From IMG/VR virus record IMGVR_UViG_3300020187_001966: DNA of 64,000 nucleotides; one strand, given 5' to 3'. A program made the translations under genes and the position numbers. Every line of letters begins with the position of its first letter. Position 1 is the first letter of the stretch. The notes below the pieces were generated by a model. It saw only the letters and a program-made list of their open reading frames with translations, made no database searches and was not told the DNA's origin. Source of the DNA: a virus. Its lineage: Duplodnaviria > Caudoviricetes. Positions 9,800 to 19,435 of the stretch are shown here, piece by piece.

Positions 9800-10780
9800 A
9801 TGACTTATATCCTAGTAGACTCGCTTAACATGTTTTATCGTGCACGTCACGTAGTACGTGGCGATGACATTGAAACTAAAATTGGCATGGCATATCACAT
9901 TATGTTTAGTGCTATCAACAAAGCATGGCGTGACTTTGACGGTACACATGTTGTATTTTGTTTTGAAGGACGTAGCTGGCGTAAGGATCATTATATTCCA
10001 TATAAAGATAATCGTAAAGTAGCTCGAGATGCTCTTACTCCACGTGAGCAAGAAGAGGACCAAAAGTTCTTTGCGGCATTTGATGAGCTTAAAGGCTTTA
10101 TTGAAAAACGTTCTAATTGTACAGTATTACAACATAAGCAATGTGAAGCAGATGACTTCATTGCACGTTGGATACAGAATCATCCTGATGATAAGCATGT
10201 TATTATTAGTAGTGACAGTGACTTTTATCAGCTAATTAATGAGAATGTAACACAGTATAATGGTATTACTAATCAACATATTTGTTTAGACGGTGTTTAT
10301 AATGACCGTGGTAAGCCTGTTATGGACAAGACGACTAAAGAGCAAAAGCAAATTGGCGACCCTTCATGGATACTATTTGAGAAGTGTATACGTGGCGACA
10401 CAAGTGATAATGTGTTTAGTGCGTATCCTGGTGCTCGTAAGAAAGGTACTAAGAACAAGATTGGATTACTGGAAGCATTTGCTGATAAAAACGACAAAGG
10501 CTTTAACTGGAATAACTTTATGTTACAAAAGTGGGTAGACCATGAAGGTGTAGAGCATCGTGTACTAGATGATTATCAACGTAATATGGAATTAATTGAC
10601 TTAACAGCACAGCCTGTAGGTATTAAAGAAGCACTTGATGAAACAATTGTTGAGCAAGTACAAAAAGATCCTAAAGCACAAGTAGGTATACACTTTATGA
10701 AGTTCTGTGGCAAGCATGACTTACAACGTGTAAGTCAACAAGCAGAAGCACATTCAGAATATCTGAATGCGTCCTACTAA
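9800..10780 (+). CDS. rnh: 5'-3' exonuclease / T4 RNase H-like flap nuclease
   Basis: ILVDSLNM, FEGRSWRK, EADDFIA, SSDSDF, GDTSDNV acidic motifs of the FEN/5'-nuclease family. Confidence 0.9.
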   Translation: MTYILVDSLNMFYRARHVVRGDDIETKIGMAYHIMFSAINKAWRDFDGTHVVFCFEGRSWRKDHYIPYKDNRKVARDALTPREQEEDQKFFAAFDELKGFIEKRSNCTVLQHKQCEADDFIARWIQNHPDDKHVIISSDSDFYQLINENVTQYNGITNQHICLDGVYNDRGKPVMDKTTKEQKQIGDPSWILFEKCIRGDTSDNVFSAYPGARKKGTKNKIGLLEAFADKNDKGFNWNNFMLQKWVDHEGVEHRVLDDYQRNMELIDLTAQPVGIKEALDETIVEQVQKDPKAQVGIHFMKFCGKHDLQRVSQQAEAHSEYLNASY

Positions 10781-11024
10781 GACTAAAGTAGCAGTGTTTC
10801 CACTTAGTGGAGATGCTGATCATTTTGATGTATGGTTAGAAAGTGAAGTAGGGTTGTGGATACAACTCAACGGAACAAACATAACCTATCATATGGAAGT
10901 AGATACAGACAATGCCAATTTTACCTCGATAATTGAGGCTGAATTAGATACTGAAACATATATAAAATATAGATTAATGTGGCCAGAAAATGAAATACAA
11001 AGCAAAGACAGTAATAGAAAATAA
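10767..11024 (+). CDS. Hypothetical protein
   Basis: 85-aa ORF overlapping both neighbours. Confidence 0.5.
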   Translation: MRPTKTKVAVFPLSGDADHFDVWLESEVGLWIQLNGTNITYHMEVDTDNANFTSIIEAELDTETYIKYRLMWPENEIQSKDSNRK

Positions 11025-11460
11025 ATTTTGGATTGTAGAATCCAAAGGCAGTAAAGTTGGAACACTAAAAAGTTCTAATGATGGCTACGTATTTTATAAT
11101 AATATAAATAGTACAGAGACACTATACGCAGATATGTCTAGTTTCACAGTAGAAGAAAAGAAAACTAGAACCTACATTAACGACACTGTTTATGGATACT
11201 CTGCTAATACCGAACAAGCGCACGATATTTCACTACAAGATACAGTGCCTATTTTTAAGAAGACAGCCACAAGTACACAACATTTTGCGGCTGGTTACTA
11301 TGGGATTAAGTTCCCACGTCTTGGATGGAGCGATGCTTTTTGTCCTAGACTAAAGACATTAGACACATACCAATTTATTGGTCCGTTTAAGTCACAAACA
11401 GACGTCAACATGGCGATAAAAAGGAAAGCACAGGAGAATGAAATATCTAATAGCACTTAG
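10990..11460 (+). CDS. Hypothetical phage protein
   Basis: 156-aa ORF in the co-oriented run. Confidence 0.7.
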   Translation: MKYKAKTVIENKFWIVESKGSKVGTLKSSNDGYVFYNNINSTETLYADMSSFTVEEKKTRTYINDTVYGYSANTEQAHDISLQDTVPIFKKTATSTQHFAAGYYGIKFPRLGWSDAFCPRLKTLDTYQFIGPFKSQTDVNMAIKRKAQENEISNST

Positions 11461-11803
11461 CGCATGGTTACTATTGGTATTCACAGTAAGCAGTGCAAGT
11501 ACACAAGAACCAAATAATATGAAAACATTTATTACAAAACAGCCCTGTGCGCCAGTTGCAGATATGTTAAGAACACCAGCAAAGTATGGTGAAAGAATGT
11601 TGTTTACTGGAGAAGGAGTACAATTTAGTGCGGAAGATGGACGCCCATATAACGGCGGTGCTTTTTTCTTTACAAATCAAGATACAGGAACATGGACATT
11701 AATTAGTGTATATGGTGATGGTATTGCTTGTTTAGTAGCAAATGGAAAAAACTTCGAACCATATGTAGGCAAACAACCTTATGCTCCAAAGGATAATCTT
11801 TAA
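11438..11803 (+). CDS. Putative secreted/membrane-anchored protein
   Basis: Signal-peptide-like N-terminus, GGAG RBS, two Cys. Confidence 0.65.
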   Translation: MKYLIALSAWLLLVFTVSSASTQEPNNMKTFITKQPCAPVADMLRTPAKYGERMLFTGEGVQFSAEDGRPYNGGAFFFTNQDTGTWTLISVYGDGIACLVANGKNFEPYVGKQPYAPKDNL

Positions 11804-12000
11804 TGTGGGCATTAGTTTTTATATACTTCTATGACAGAACTCCTTATATTGAACCTATTACATTACACACAAGTATGGTAGAATGTTTCCATGCTAGAGA
11901 GGCATTAGCAGGCGAAGTAGGTAAAGGCGACGGTCATTTCAAAGCAGGACAACAGGCAATTTGTATTAACCTAATTGACGAAGAAGACGAAGAGCTATAA
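11803..12000 (+). CDS. Hypothetical protein
   Basis: TAATG coupling; hydrophobic N-terminus. Confidence 0.6.
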   Translation: MWALVFIYFYDRTPYIEPITLHTSMVECFHAREALAGEVGKGDGHFKAGQQAICINLIDEEDEEL

Positions 12001-12051
12001 TTTAGTGCTACTTTAATAAATACTATTAACATAGTATAAAAAGGAAGCAAC

Positions 12052-12360
12052 ATGGCTAGACCCAAACCAACAATTTTAATGGAGTTTACTGATCCTAAAT
12101 CATTTCGCAGTGAACAGTTACTAGCCGCTGAAGCAATCTACGCAGTATTTCATGAGAATAAGCCTATTAATCTACGCAGTCTAAATAGCTTAACAAACTA
12201 TCCAGGCCCTAAGTATAAAAAAGTTAGCTTTAGTAACAGTGGTCATGCGTTTAATTTGGCGGAAAGACTCAACAAGTTATTTAAAACAACTGGATTTACA
12301 GTTGTTAAACTTACAGATGGAACAGTAGTTAAAGAGGATGATGACACCGGATTTTTATAA
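12052..12360 (+). CDS. Hypothetical phage protein (MARPKPT N-terminus)
   Basis: AAGGA RBS; AATAAATA late-like element at 12015-12022. Confidence 0.75.
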   Translation: MARPKPTILMEFTDPKSFRSEQLLAAEAIYAVFHENKPINLRSLNSLTNYPGPKYKKVSFSNSGHAFNLAERLNKLFKTTGFTVVKLTDGTVVKEDDDTGFL

Positions 12361-12697
12361 GCAAGTACTAGCACATGCTAAAACTATGCAATATGGTGAA
12401 CGATTCAATCTACGAAACATTTTCAAAAACTACCGCAATGGTAAAGGCCTCAGCTTAACTAAGTTTGGGGTCGTTGTCTTGATGGATATGGGGGTAGAAG
12501 CTGAAAGGTTTATACTCAAAGAGCCAGCAGTGTTTACTGCCAAGCTCAGAACATTACTGGATAGATATAACCAGTATCCTTATTATATTACTAGACATGA
12601 ATTAATTTTATATGGAAGTGAAGATCGTATGTTGTATAAATTATACGGTCATGATTTAGACGCTTGGGTAGAACATATGGAAGCAAACTTAGATTAA
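12338..12697 (+). CDS. Hypothetical protein
   Basis: 119-aa ORF, GAGG RBS. Confidence 0.65.
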   Translation: MMTPDFYKQVLAHAKTMQYGERFNLRNIFKNYRNGKGLSLTKFGVVVLMDMGVEAERFILKEPAVFTAKLRTLLDRYNQYPYYITRHELILYGSEDRMLYKLYGHDLDAWVEHMEANLD

Positions 12698-12702
12698 AGT
12701 GG

Positions 12703-12730
12703 GGCTGATTTCCTATACAGGTTTTCAGCC
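12703..12730. terminator. Hairpin between convergent genes
   Basis: GGCTGA..CCT-ATAC-AGG..TCAGCC stem with a 3x3 internal loop; no clear U-tract. Confidence 0.35.
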
Positions 12731-12742
12731 AAGTAGGGTTAA

Positions 12743-12976
12743 TTACTTACGGTTCCAAATTCCCCATAAGACCCATATTGCGATCAGACCCATAACGCCC
12801 TGAGCACCTAGAGATGCTAACATTGCACTTACGTTGTCTACTACAGATAGTCCTGATGGCATGAATGGCATATTGCCCATACCTAGTACTTCTGCGATGA
12901 TCACTAGAGCCGCTAAACTAACACCAACTTCTGCTAATGCGCCTGCCCACTCTTTTACTTTGTTCAAAATATCCAT
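12743..12976 (-). CDS. Small two-TM membrane protein
   Basis: Two hydrophobic helices; GGGAGAAG RBS; GATAAGTA late-like element at 13035-13042. Confidence 0.75.
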   Translation of the reverse strand: MDILNKVKEWAGALAEVGVSLAALVIIAEVLGMGNMPFMPSGLSVVDNVSAMLASLGAQGVMGLIAIWVLWGIWNRK

Positions 12977-13083
12977 GATACTTCTCCCTTTCTCTTTCGT
13001 TGTACAAAAAGCGATATTCTGCTTTCTGTACTACTACTTATCTGATTTCAGCAAAAAAAGTGAAAAAAAGTGCCTTTTAGGGC

Positions 13084-13112
13084 TTGACACCAAGACGTAT
13101 TGGTGCTATAGT
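13084..13112 (+). promoter_or_regulatory. sigma70-type (early) promoter
   Basis: TTGACA-17 nt-TATAGT. Confidence 0.8.
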
Positions 13113-13144
13113 ATATGTATAAGTTAAGCAAACAGGAGTTACAC

Positions 13145-13375
13145 ATGTTTAGAATCCCTTCATTTTACAAAGATACAGTAGACTTTAAAACTGCTTGGAA
13201 CACAATTACTAACTTTGGTCGTGGCGATGCTCTTGAAGGTATGAACGCTATGAACCGTGTTTGGGAAGAGCATTGTGCTAGTGGTGAAGAAGATGATACG
13301 TTTTTTGAGAACTACGAATATGAAGTAAATGCTTACAATGCTGTATTTTCAAATATGAATAAACTTTTTGCTTGA
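13145..13375 (+). CDS. Hypothetical early protein
   Basis: CAGGAG RBS before ATG 13145; start moved from 13115. Confidence 0.7.
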   Translation: MFRIPSFYKDTVDFKTAWNTITNFGRGDALEGMNAMNRVWEEHCASGEEDDTFFENYEYEVNAYNAVFSNMNKLFA

Positions 13376-13400
13376 CACCGTCCGCCAATGTCTATATACT
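13372..13400 (+). promoter_or_regulatory. sigma70-type (early) promoter
   Basis: TTGACA-17 nt-TATACT. Confidence 0.8.
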
Positions 13401-13431
13401 GTAGACATAACATCCAACCAGGAGATATAAA

Positions 13432-14523
13432 ATGGATTTACAAACACGCACCGTAAAACTTTCAGAACTTCAAAAGTATGTAAAGCATCACTTTCGTACT
13501 AAACGTCCTATGATGGTCTGGGGACCACCAGGTATTGGCAAGTCTGAAACGTTTCAACAGATTACAGATTCCTATATTGCTGAAGGCAAAAAAGCCAAGC
13601 TAATTGATGCTCGCTTGTCACTATGGGATCCAACCGACCTTAAAGGTTATCCTTACTACAATAAGGAAACTAACCGGATGAGCTTTAGCTCTCCAGATGA
13701 ACTTCCTACAGAAGCTGAAGCCGCAGAGTACGATATTATTGTACTGTTCCTAGACGAACTTAACGGTGCCGCTCCTGCTACACAGGCTGCTGCTTACCAG
13801 TTGATCCTTAACCGTGCTATTGGCAAATACAAACTACCAGACAATGTAGTTATTGCCGCCGCAGGTAACCGTGAGACTGACAAGGGTGTTACATATCGTA
13901 TGCCTAAGCCGCTTGCTAACCGCTTCCTACACTATGAAGTACGTGTTGACTTTCAAGACTGGTTTGACTGGGCTATTAAAAACAACCAGCATCCTGACGT
14001 AATTGGTTATGTTACTACGTTTAAAGACGACTTGTATAACTTTGATGCTAGCAGTGCTGAACGTTCGTTTGCTACACCACGTACTTGGGCGTTTATCTCA
14101 GATACTATTGAGGATGTAGAAGGATTTAATGAAGAAGAAGTAACTGATATGGTTGCCGCTGGTATTGGTGAAGGACTTGCTCTCAAGTTTAAAGCACACC
14201 GCCAAGTTGCCGCTCAGTTGCCTAACCCTACAGACATTCTGGACGGTAAGGTCAAAGAACTGAAAACAGATAACATTAGTGCCAAGTATTCACTTACTAC
14301 TGCGCTATGTTACGAGCTTAAAGATAGCTTTGATAATAAAAAGGACGAAATGACACGTTTTGATAACTTCCTTGAGTTTGTACAAAACAACTTTGAAGCA
14401 GAAATGGTTGTTATGGCATGTACAATTGCGCTAGGCAAGTATGCTATTCGTCCAAAGTTTAATCAGCTAAAGAACTGGAAAGGCTTTATTGCCAAGTACG
14501 GTACGCTGATTGAAATGGCGTAA
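13432..14523 (+). CDS. MoxR-like AAA+ ATPase
   Basis: Walker A GPPGIGKS, Walker B LFLDE, AAGNR, LANRF arginine finger. Confidence 0.85.
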   Translation: MDLQTRTVKLSELQKYVKHHFRTKRPMMVWGPPGIGKSETFQQITDSYIAEGKKAKLIDARLSLWDPTDLKGYPYYNKETNRMSFSSPDELPTEAEAAEYDIIVLFLDELNGAAPATQAAAYQLILNRAIGKYKLPDNVVIAAAGNRETDKGVTYRMPKPLANRFLHYEVRVDFQDWFDWAIKNNQHPDVIGYVTTFKDDLYNFDASSAERSFATPRTWAFISDTIEDVEGFNEEEVTDMVAAGIGEGLALKFKAHRQVAAQLPNPTDILDGKVKELKTDNISAKYSLTTALCYELKDSFDNKKDEMTRFDNFLEFVQNNFEAEMVVMACTIALGKYAIRPKFNQLKNWKGFIAKYGTLIEMA

Positions 14524-14545
14524 CACAGTTACGTCACTCCTGGTG

Positions 14546-14580
14546 AAGTAGGGTGTCGGCGGGCGCCCTACTTCTTTCTT
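14546..14580 (+). terminator. Intrinsic terminator
   Basis: AAGTAGGGTGTC-GGCG-GGCGCCCTACTT 12-bp stem (2 G:U) followed by CTTTCTT. Confidence 0.7.
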
Positions 14581-14599
14581 AAATAATTAAACTTAGTGC

Positions 14600-14628
14600 T
14601 TGACATACAGTATATTATCGTTTATAGT
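14600..14628 (+). promoter_or_regulatory. sigma70-type (early) promoter
   Basis: GTGC-TTGACA-17 nt-TATAGT. Confidence 0.8.
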
Positions 14629-14653
14629 GTATGTATAACAACCGGAGAATACT

Positions 14654-15874
14654 ATGCAAACTTTTAAATCAGCAAAAGAAAAACTAGTAACAGCTCGTGT
14701 AAAAATGCTGTTTAAGCAGCCATTTTTTGGTAACATTGCCTGTCGTCTACAGTTAGTAGAAGTAGAACCAGACGGCTGGTGTACTACTGCCGCTGTTGAT
14801 GGGCGTAACTTTTACTATAACGCAGAGTTTGTTAACAAGTTAGATTTAGATGAAACAGTATTCCTAGTTGGACATGAAGTTGGACACTGTGTATATGAAC
14901 ACTTTCTCCGCAGAGGTGATCGTGATCCTCAAATCTGGAACATGGCTGGCGATTATAAAATTAATGCGATGCTAGTACGTGAAAAGATTGGACGTTTAAT
15001 TGATAAAGTTAAACCACTTTATGACAAAAAATATGAGTCAGACGAGTGGTGGACTGAAAATGTATATGACCAATTAAAGAAAGACGGTGTTGCTCCACAA
15101 CAAACACTAGATATTCACTTGGATATCGAAGGTGATGGAGACAATGGTACTAGTGGTAACGGCACTAAAGACGGTAAAAGCAAACCTACTATCACTAAAG
15201 ATGACGCAAAGGCTATCGCAGATGAACTTAAAAATGCTGTAATACAAGCGGCGCAAAGTGTAGGTGCTGGTAATGTACCAGGCGATATACGCCGTATGAT
15301 TGGCGAACTTACAGAGCCTAAAATGGACTGGCGTCAAATGATCCGTGTTACACTGGAGAGCAACCTTACTAGCGACTTTACTTTTATGACACCTAACCGC
15401 AAGAGCCAGTTTAACAATGTAGTGCTACCTGGCATGTTAAAAGATCAACAGATCGATATTGCTATTGCGCTAGACGTTAGTGGATCAATTAGCGATACTG
15501 ATACTCGTGACTTCCTAAGTGAAGTACAAGGTATCATGGATCAGTTTCAAAGCTATAAGATTCGTATCTGGTGCTTTGATACAGAAGTTAGCGGTTACGA
15601 TGAGTTTACAGATGACGATGGACGTTCGATTACAGAGTTCGAAATGACTGGTGGTGGCGGTACTAAATTTATGCCTAACTGGGACTTTATGAAGGCACGT
15701 GGTATTGAGCCAGATCAGTTTATTATGTTTACAGATGGTGAACCTTGGAAAAGTTGGGGAGATCCAGACTATTGCGATACAATGTTCCTTATTAAAAACC
15801 CATGGAGCAAACCTGTTGCGCCATTTGGACAAAGTGTTTACTATGAAGCACAATCACAAAAACAGGCAGCATAA
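14654..15874 (+). CDS. Metallopeptidase-like + vWA domain protein (DUF2201-like), MoxR partner
   Basis: HEVGH zinc motif, TAAVDGR, MIDAS DVSGS, GGGGT, FTDG. Confidence 0.85.
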   Translation: MQTFKSAKEKLVTARVKMLFKQPFFGNIACRLQLVEVEPDGWCTTAAVDGRNFYYNAEFVNKLDLDETVFLVGHEVGHCVYEHFLRRGDRDPQIWNMAGDYKINAMLVREKIGRLIDKVKPLYDKKYESDEWWTENVYDQLKKDGVAPQQTLDIHLDIEGDGDNGTSGNGTKDGKSKPTITKDDAKAIADELKNAVIQAAQSVGAGNVPGDIRRMIGELTEPKMDWRQMIRVTLESNLTSDFTFMTPNRKSQFNNVVLPGMLKDQQIDIAIALDVSGSISDTDTRDFLSEVQGIMDQFQSYKIRIWCFDTEVSGYDEFTDDDGRSITEFEMTGGGGTKFMPNWDFMKARGIEPDQFIMFTDGEPWKSWGDPDYCDTMFLIKNPWSKPVAPFGQSVYYEAQSQKQAA

Positions 15875-15877
15875 ATA
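15870..15877 (+). promoter_or_regulatory. Late-promoter-like CATAAATA
   Basis: 1 mismatch to the T4 late consensus, 3 nt before ATG 15881. Confidence 0.45.
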
Positions 15878-15880
15878 ATA

Positions 15881-16162
15881 ATGAAGATAATAAAACAAAA
15901 ATATGCCTTGAGCGAACAAGACATGATGATGTTAGATACACGTATAATTTCAGCTATGATGAAACATCGGTACGTTGTAGAGTTTGATGATACTCCTGAC
16001 ATTGACAGTTTAGATTTTAATGGTTGCCAAGGTTTCTATCATATAAAAAGTTTAAAGAGTAAATTGTATCAGTTTTGGTTTGAAAAACCCACTGATGGTG
16101 AAGCATTTTACTCTACCATAATTGCGTATAAGATGAGCATGTCTTCTGACAATGATAAATAA
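15881..16162 (+). CDS. Hypothetical protein
   Basis: 93-aa ORF with no SD sequence upstream. Confidence 0.6.
   Translation: MKIIKQKYALSEQDMMMLDTRIISAMMKHRYVVEFDDTPDIDSLDFNGCQGFYHIKSLKSKLYQFWFEKPTDGEAFYSTIIAYKMSMSSDNDK
16154..16161 (+). promoter_or_regulatory. Late-promoter-like GATAAATA
   Basis: About 40 nt upstream of ATG 16202, which has a strong AGGAG RBS. Confidence 0.45.
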
Positions 16163-16201
16163 ATGCGTATATAATAAAGTAAGTCAATATAGGAGAATAA
16201 T

Positions 16202-16495
16202 ATGACTAATGAAAACCAAACAGCTGAAGAGCCAATCACAACAGATGGTGCGACACCTGAACTACCAGAAGTAGAACAAGCAGAACCAGTAACACTGGGC
16301 GTTGCTGATCTACAAAATGCGGCGCAAGTAATTGACGTTGCTGTATCACGTGGCGCATTTCGTGCGGCAGAAGCGGCACAGGTTGGAACAGTATTCAACC
16401 GTCTTGCGGCATTTATCCAAAGTGTCCAAGAACAACAAGGTGACGGAGAATCAGCTGAAGCTGATGCTGCTGCTCCAACAACGGAAGCACAGTAA
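16202..16495 (+). CDS. Acidic hypothetical phage protein
   Basis: AGGAG RBS; helical core DVAVSRGAFRAAE. Confidence 0.75.
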   Translation: MTNENQTAEEPITTDGATPELPEVEQAEPVTLGVADLQNAAQVIDVAVSRGAFRAAEAAQVGTVFNRLAAFIQSVQEQQGDGESAEADAAAPTTEAQ

Positions 16496-16507
16496 GGAGG
16501 CATCCCA

Positions 16508-17164
16508 ATGGCGAAGAATATGAAACATATAGGAAAAATTGCTAATACTGGACTAAAGTGTGTTGTAGTTTTCCGTGAAATCTACGATGAAAGAGGAAAT
16601 GTCATTGATGACAAAAACTGTCTTATTGTAGAAACTGAACGTCTTCCAGATATGGAACACGATGATGTAGTACGAGTAGTACAATCACCTGAAGCACAAG
16701 ATGCAATTGAATTTTATCAAATTGCGCATCGTAGTTTGTTTAGTGATGGTGAAAATATGCTTAAACGACTTCATGATAAAGGTTACTTGAAAAAGTATCC
16801 AACAGATCAAATTAACATGACACCAAATAATCATACTAGTGTCAAGTTAAGTGATATCAATCATATCGTTCGTAAGCAATCATCTGGTATGAGTGAACGT
16901 GATATTGCTAATTCAATGGTAGATGATACTGACTCTCCGCCACGGACGCAAACCACATTTGATCCAACACAAACTATTGACCAAGCGGTTAATACTAGTG
17001 AGCAAGTATTGGACGAAACATCTATTGCCAAAAATTTATTAAGCCAAGCTGATACTTTTTTAGCAGAAGCAGAACGTCTTAGAGATGAAGCATACGATAT
17101 GGCTCCTGACTTAAAGCCAAAGCGTGGGCGTCCTAAGAAGGCAACTGTTAGTGCCAATACGTAA
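16508..17164 (+). CDS. Hypothetical phage protein with C-terminal KRGRPKK
   Basis: AAGGAGG RBS; 218 aa. Confidence 0.8.
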   Translation: MAKNMKHIGKIANTGLKCVVVFREIYDERGNVIDDKNCLIVETERLPDMEHDDVVRVVQSPEAQDAIEFYQIAHRSLFSDGENMLKRLHDKGYLKKYPTDQINMTPNNHTSVKLSDINHIVRKQSSGMSERDIANSMVDDTDSPPRTQTTFDPTQTIDQAVNTSEQVLDETSIAKNLLSQADTFLAEAERLRDEAYDMAPDLKPKRGRPKKATVSANT

Positions 17165-17486
17165 AAAGGATCGCACTTTTCAGAATATAATACGTGATGT
17201 TGACATTGGTAATGTTCCACTAGACTACATTGAACGTCTTATACTAGTATTGGAAAACGGAGATAGAGTTATCTTCGAAGGTGAAGATATTAGAGACATT
17301 GAAGAGGATAACATAATCCTTTTCATTTTAGCTGCTGTAGATGATTTGGCTGAAGATTACCAAAGCCCAGTTCAAGATTTAGAAATAGTCATTGACTATA
17401 ATAAACTAGAAGCTGAAGTACGTGGTCTTACAGAAAAATTATTAAACAAGGAAAAAGATGATGATCCGAGCGATACTAGCGTGTGA
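17151..17486 (+). CDS. Acidic hypothetical protein
   Basis: GTG start overlapping the previous gene; start moved from 17124. Confidence 0.6.
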   Translation: MPIRKKDRTFQNIIRDVDIGNVPLDYIERLILVLENGDRVIFEGEDIRDIEEDNIILFILAAVDDLAEDYQSPVQDLEIVIDYNKLEAEVRGLTEKLLNKEKDDDPSDTSV

Positions 17487-17931
17487 TGAAAATTGGGGCA
17501 TCGGTAAATCCGGTGCCCTTCCTTGGCCACACAACCCTGCTGACCTAAAATGGTTTAAAGCATCAACATTAAATCATACTATAGTAATGGGCAAGGCAAC
17601 ATGGGATAGTTTACCCGTCAAGCCGTTGTCCAATCGTGTCAATGTTGTTGTTTCTAGTTCTGATATACTTGCTAAGGTTGATGTATTATCAATCAGTGAC
17701 TTACGCCGCCGTCTATCGTCGATGGATGCTGAACAAGATGTATGGATTATTGGTGGTGCTAGATTGATTGAAGGTATGATGGACTATATTGACGAGTTCC
17801 ATTTAAGCCAAATCAAAGGCAATTACAATTGTGACACATTTTTACCAAGTACACTGATTCAAGAAAACTATAGTCTAACATCAAGTCAATTTCAAGGCGA
17901 TGTTTATGTTGATGTATGGAGTAAACGTTGA
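17458..17931 (+). CDS. folA: Dihydrofolate reductase
   Basis: IGKSGALPW..DLKWFK, IVMGKATWDS, PLSNRVNVV, WIIGG, CDTF. Confidence 0.92.
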   Translation: MMIRAILACDENWGIGKSGALPWPHNPADLKWFKASTLNHTIVMGKATWDSLPVKPLSNRVNVVVSSSDILAKVDVLSISDLRRRLSSMDAEQDVWIIGGARLIEGMMDYIDEFHLSQIKGNYNCDTFLPSTLIQENYSLTSSQFQGDVYVDVWSKR

Positions 17932-18359
17932 AGATATTAATATTTGGATTGCCTGGTAGTGGCAAAAGTACACTGGCAAAACCTTTCGCAGAGCTAATTG
18001 GCGGTGTACACATAAATGCTGACGCAGTTAGAACACAATATAACGACTGGGACTTTAGTCTTGAAGGTCGAAACAGACAAGCATCAAGAATAAAATACTT
18101 GGCAGATGGTGTAGTTATGGCAGGTAAGATTGCTGTTGCTGACTTTGTTTGTCCAACACACCTTACACGTATGGAGTTTAATCCTGACTACACAGTGTGG
18201 ATGGATACTATTTCTCGAGGTAGATTTGAAGATACGAATGATATGTTTGAAACACCTGAGCTTGTAGACTACCATGTTGAGAAATGGTTTGACAACGCAC
18301 ATGAACAACTAATGCCAGTAGTACAGCGTTGGATGAGTATTAATAATAAGAAAGAATAA
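17928..18359 (+). CDS. Adenylylsulfate kinase-like P-loop kinase (short)
   Basis: GLPGSGKST, NADAVR, DFSLEGRNRQ resemble CysC motifs; TTG start. Confidence 0.65.
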   Translation: MKILIFGLPGSGKSTLAKPFAELIGGVHINADAVRTQYNDWDFSLEGRNRQASRIKYLADGVVMAGKIAVADFVCPTHLTRMEFNPDYTVWMDTISRGRFEDTNDMFETPELVDYHVEKWFDNAHEQLMPVVQRWMSINNKKE

Positions 18360-18362
18360 AGA

Positions 18363-18539
18363 GTGAATAGAACACTTCAAGATGGTACTATAGTACCTGC
18401 TATAGACATGGCAGTAGAACTTAAAGTAGTTACAAAATGTCCAACTAAATGGCGTCTAATAGACGAAGAAACAGGAGTTGAGTACCGAGGAAAACTTCCA
18501 CAAGATGGTGGGTTACACTGGCAAAGGATAGAAGATTAA
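18363..18539 (+). CDS. 58-aa hypothetical protein (not in the ORF track)
   Basis: GTG..TAA frame MNRTLQDGT..TKCPTKWRLIDEETG..; fills the gap and overlaps the thyA start (TAATG). Confidence 0.6.
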   Translation: MNRTLQDGTIVPAIDMAVELKVVTKCPTKWRLIDEETGVEYRGKLPQDGGLHWQRIED

Positions 18540-19435
18540 TGTACCAATATTTAGAAGCACTACAATGTATTATGGATGACGGAGAAGATGTCAATGACCG
18601 TACTGGCGTTGGCACTCGTACTATTTTTGGATACCAGATGCGGGTTCCATTATCTTACAGTAATTTTCCAGCCGTAACAACAAAGAAACTAGCATGGAAG
18701 AGTGTAGTAGGAGAGCTGTTATGGTTCTTAGAAGGCAATACAGATGAACGTAGATTAGCAGAGATCACATTTGAGAAAGATCGAGAACAACTGTCGGATA
18801 AGAATACCATCTGGACTGCCAACGCTAACAAACAAGCAAAAGAATTAGGCTATGTAAAAGATGACGATCAAGACTATAAAGTTCTTGGTCCAGTATATGG
18901 ACATCAATGGCGTAACTTCGACGGAGAGTATTGGGTTAGTACACCACACCTTAAAGGTACAGATCAGATTAGCTGGATCATTAATGAGATTAAAACTAAT
19001 CCAGATAGTAGACGTATTATACTAAGTGCTTGGAACCCTAATCAACTTGATAAAATGACGTTGCCTCCTTGTCATACACTGGCACAGTTTAGGGTAATGA
19101 ACGGCAAACTAAGTTGTCAATTGTATCAGCGTAGTGCTGACATGTTCTTGGGAGTGCCGTTTAACATTGCTAGTTATAGTTTGCTTACTCACATGCTAGC
19201 GCAAATATGTGATTTAGAAGTAGGTACATTTATATGGACTGGCGGCGATTGCCACATATACAATAACCACATGGAGCAAGTAAAGCAACAACTAGAACGT
19301 ACACCTGCGGATGGTCCTATACTAGAGATGCCAGAGTTCAGTACACTAGAAGAATTACTAGCTACTAAACCAAGTGATTATAATCTTGTAGGATATGATC
19401 CAATGCCAACTATTAAAGCACCAATGGCGGTATAA
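18539..19435 (+). CDS. thyA: Thymidylate synthase
   Basis: DRTGVGT, ELLWFL, LGPVYGHQWR, LPPCH, YQRSADMFLGVPFNIASY, HIYNNH. Confidence 0.98.
   Translation: MYQYLEALQCIMDDGEDVNDRTGVGTRTIFGYQMRVPLSYSNFPAVTTKKLAWKSVVGELLWFLEGNTDERRLAEITFEKDREQLSDKNTIWTANANKQAKELGYVKDDDQDYKVLGPVYGHQWRNFDGEYWVSTPHLKGTDQISWIINEIKTNPDSRRIILSAWNPNQLDKMTLPPCHTLAQFRVMNGKLSCQLYQRSADMFLGVPFNIASYSLLTHMLAQICDLEVGTFIWTGGDCHIYNNHMEQVKQQLERTPADGPILEMPEFSTLEELLATKPSDYNLVGYDPMPTIKAPMAV

Noticed and set aside
790-17145. KRGRP motifs in ORFs 674 and 16508 as AT-hook DNA-binding elements
   Set aside because: Single short basic motifs in tails are too weak to support a function.
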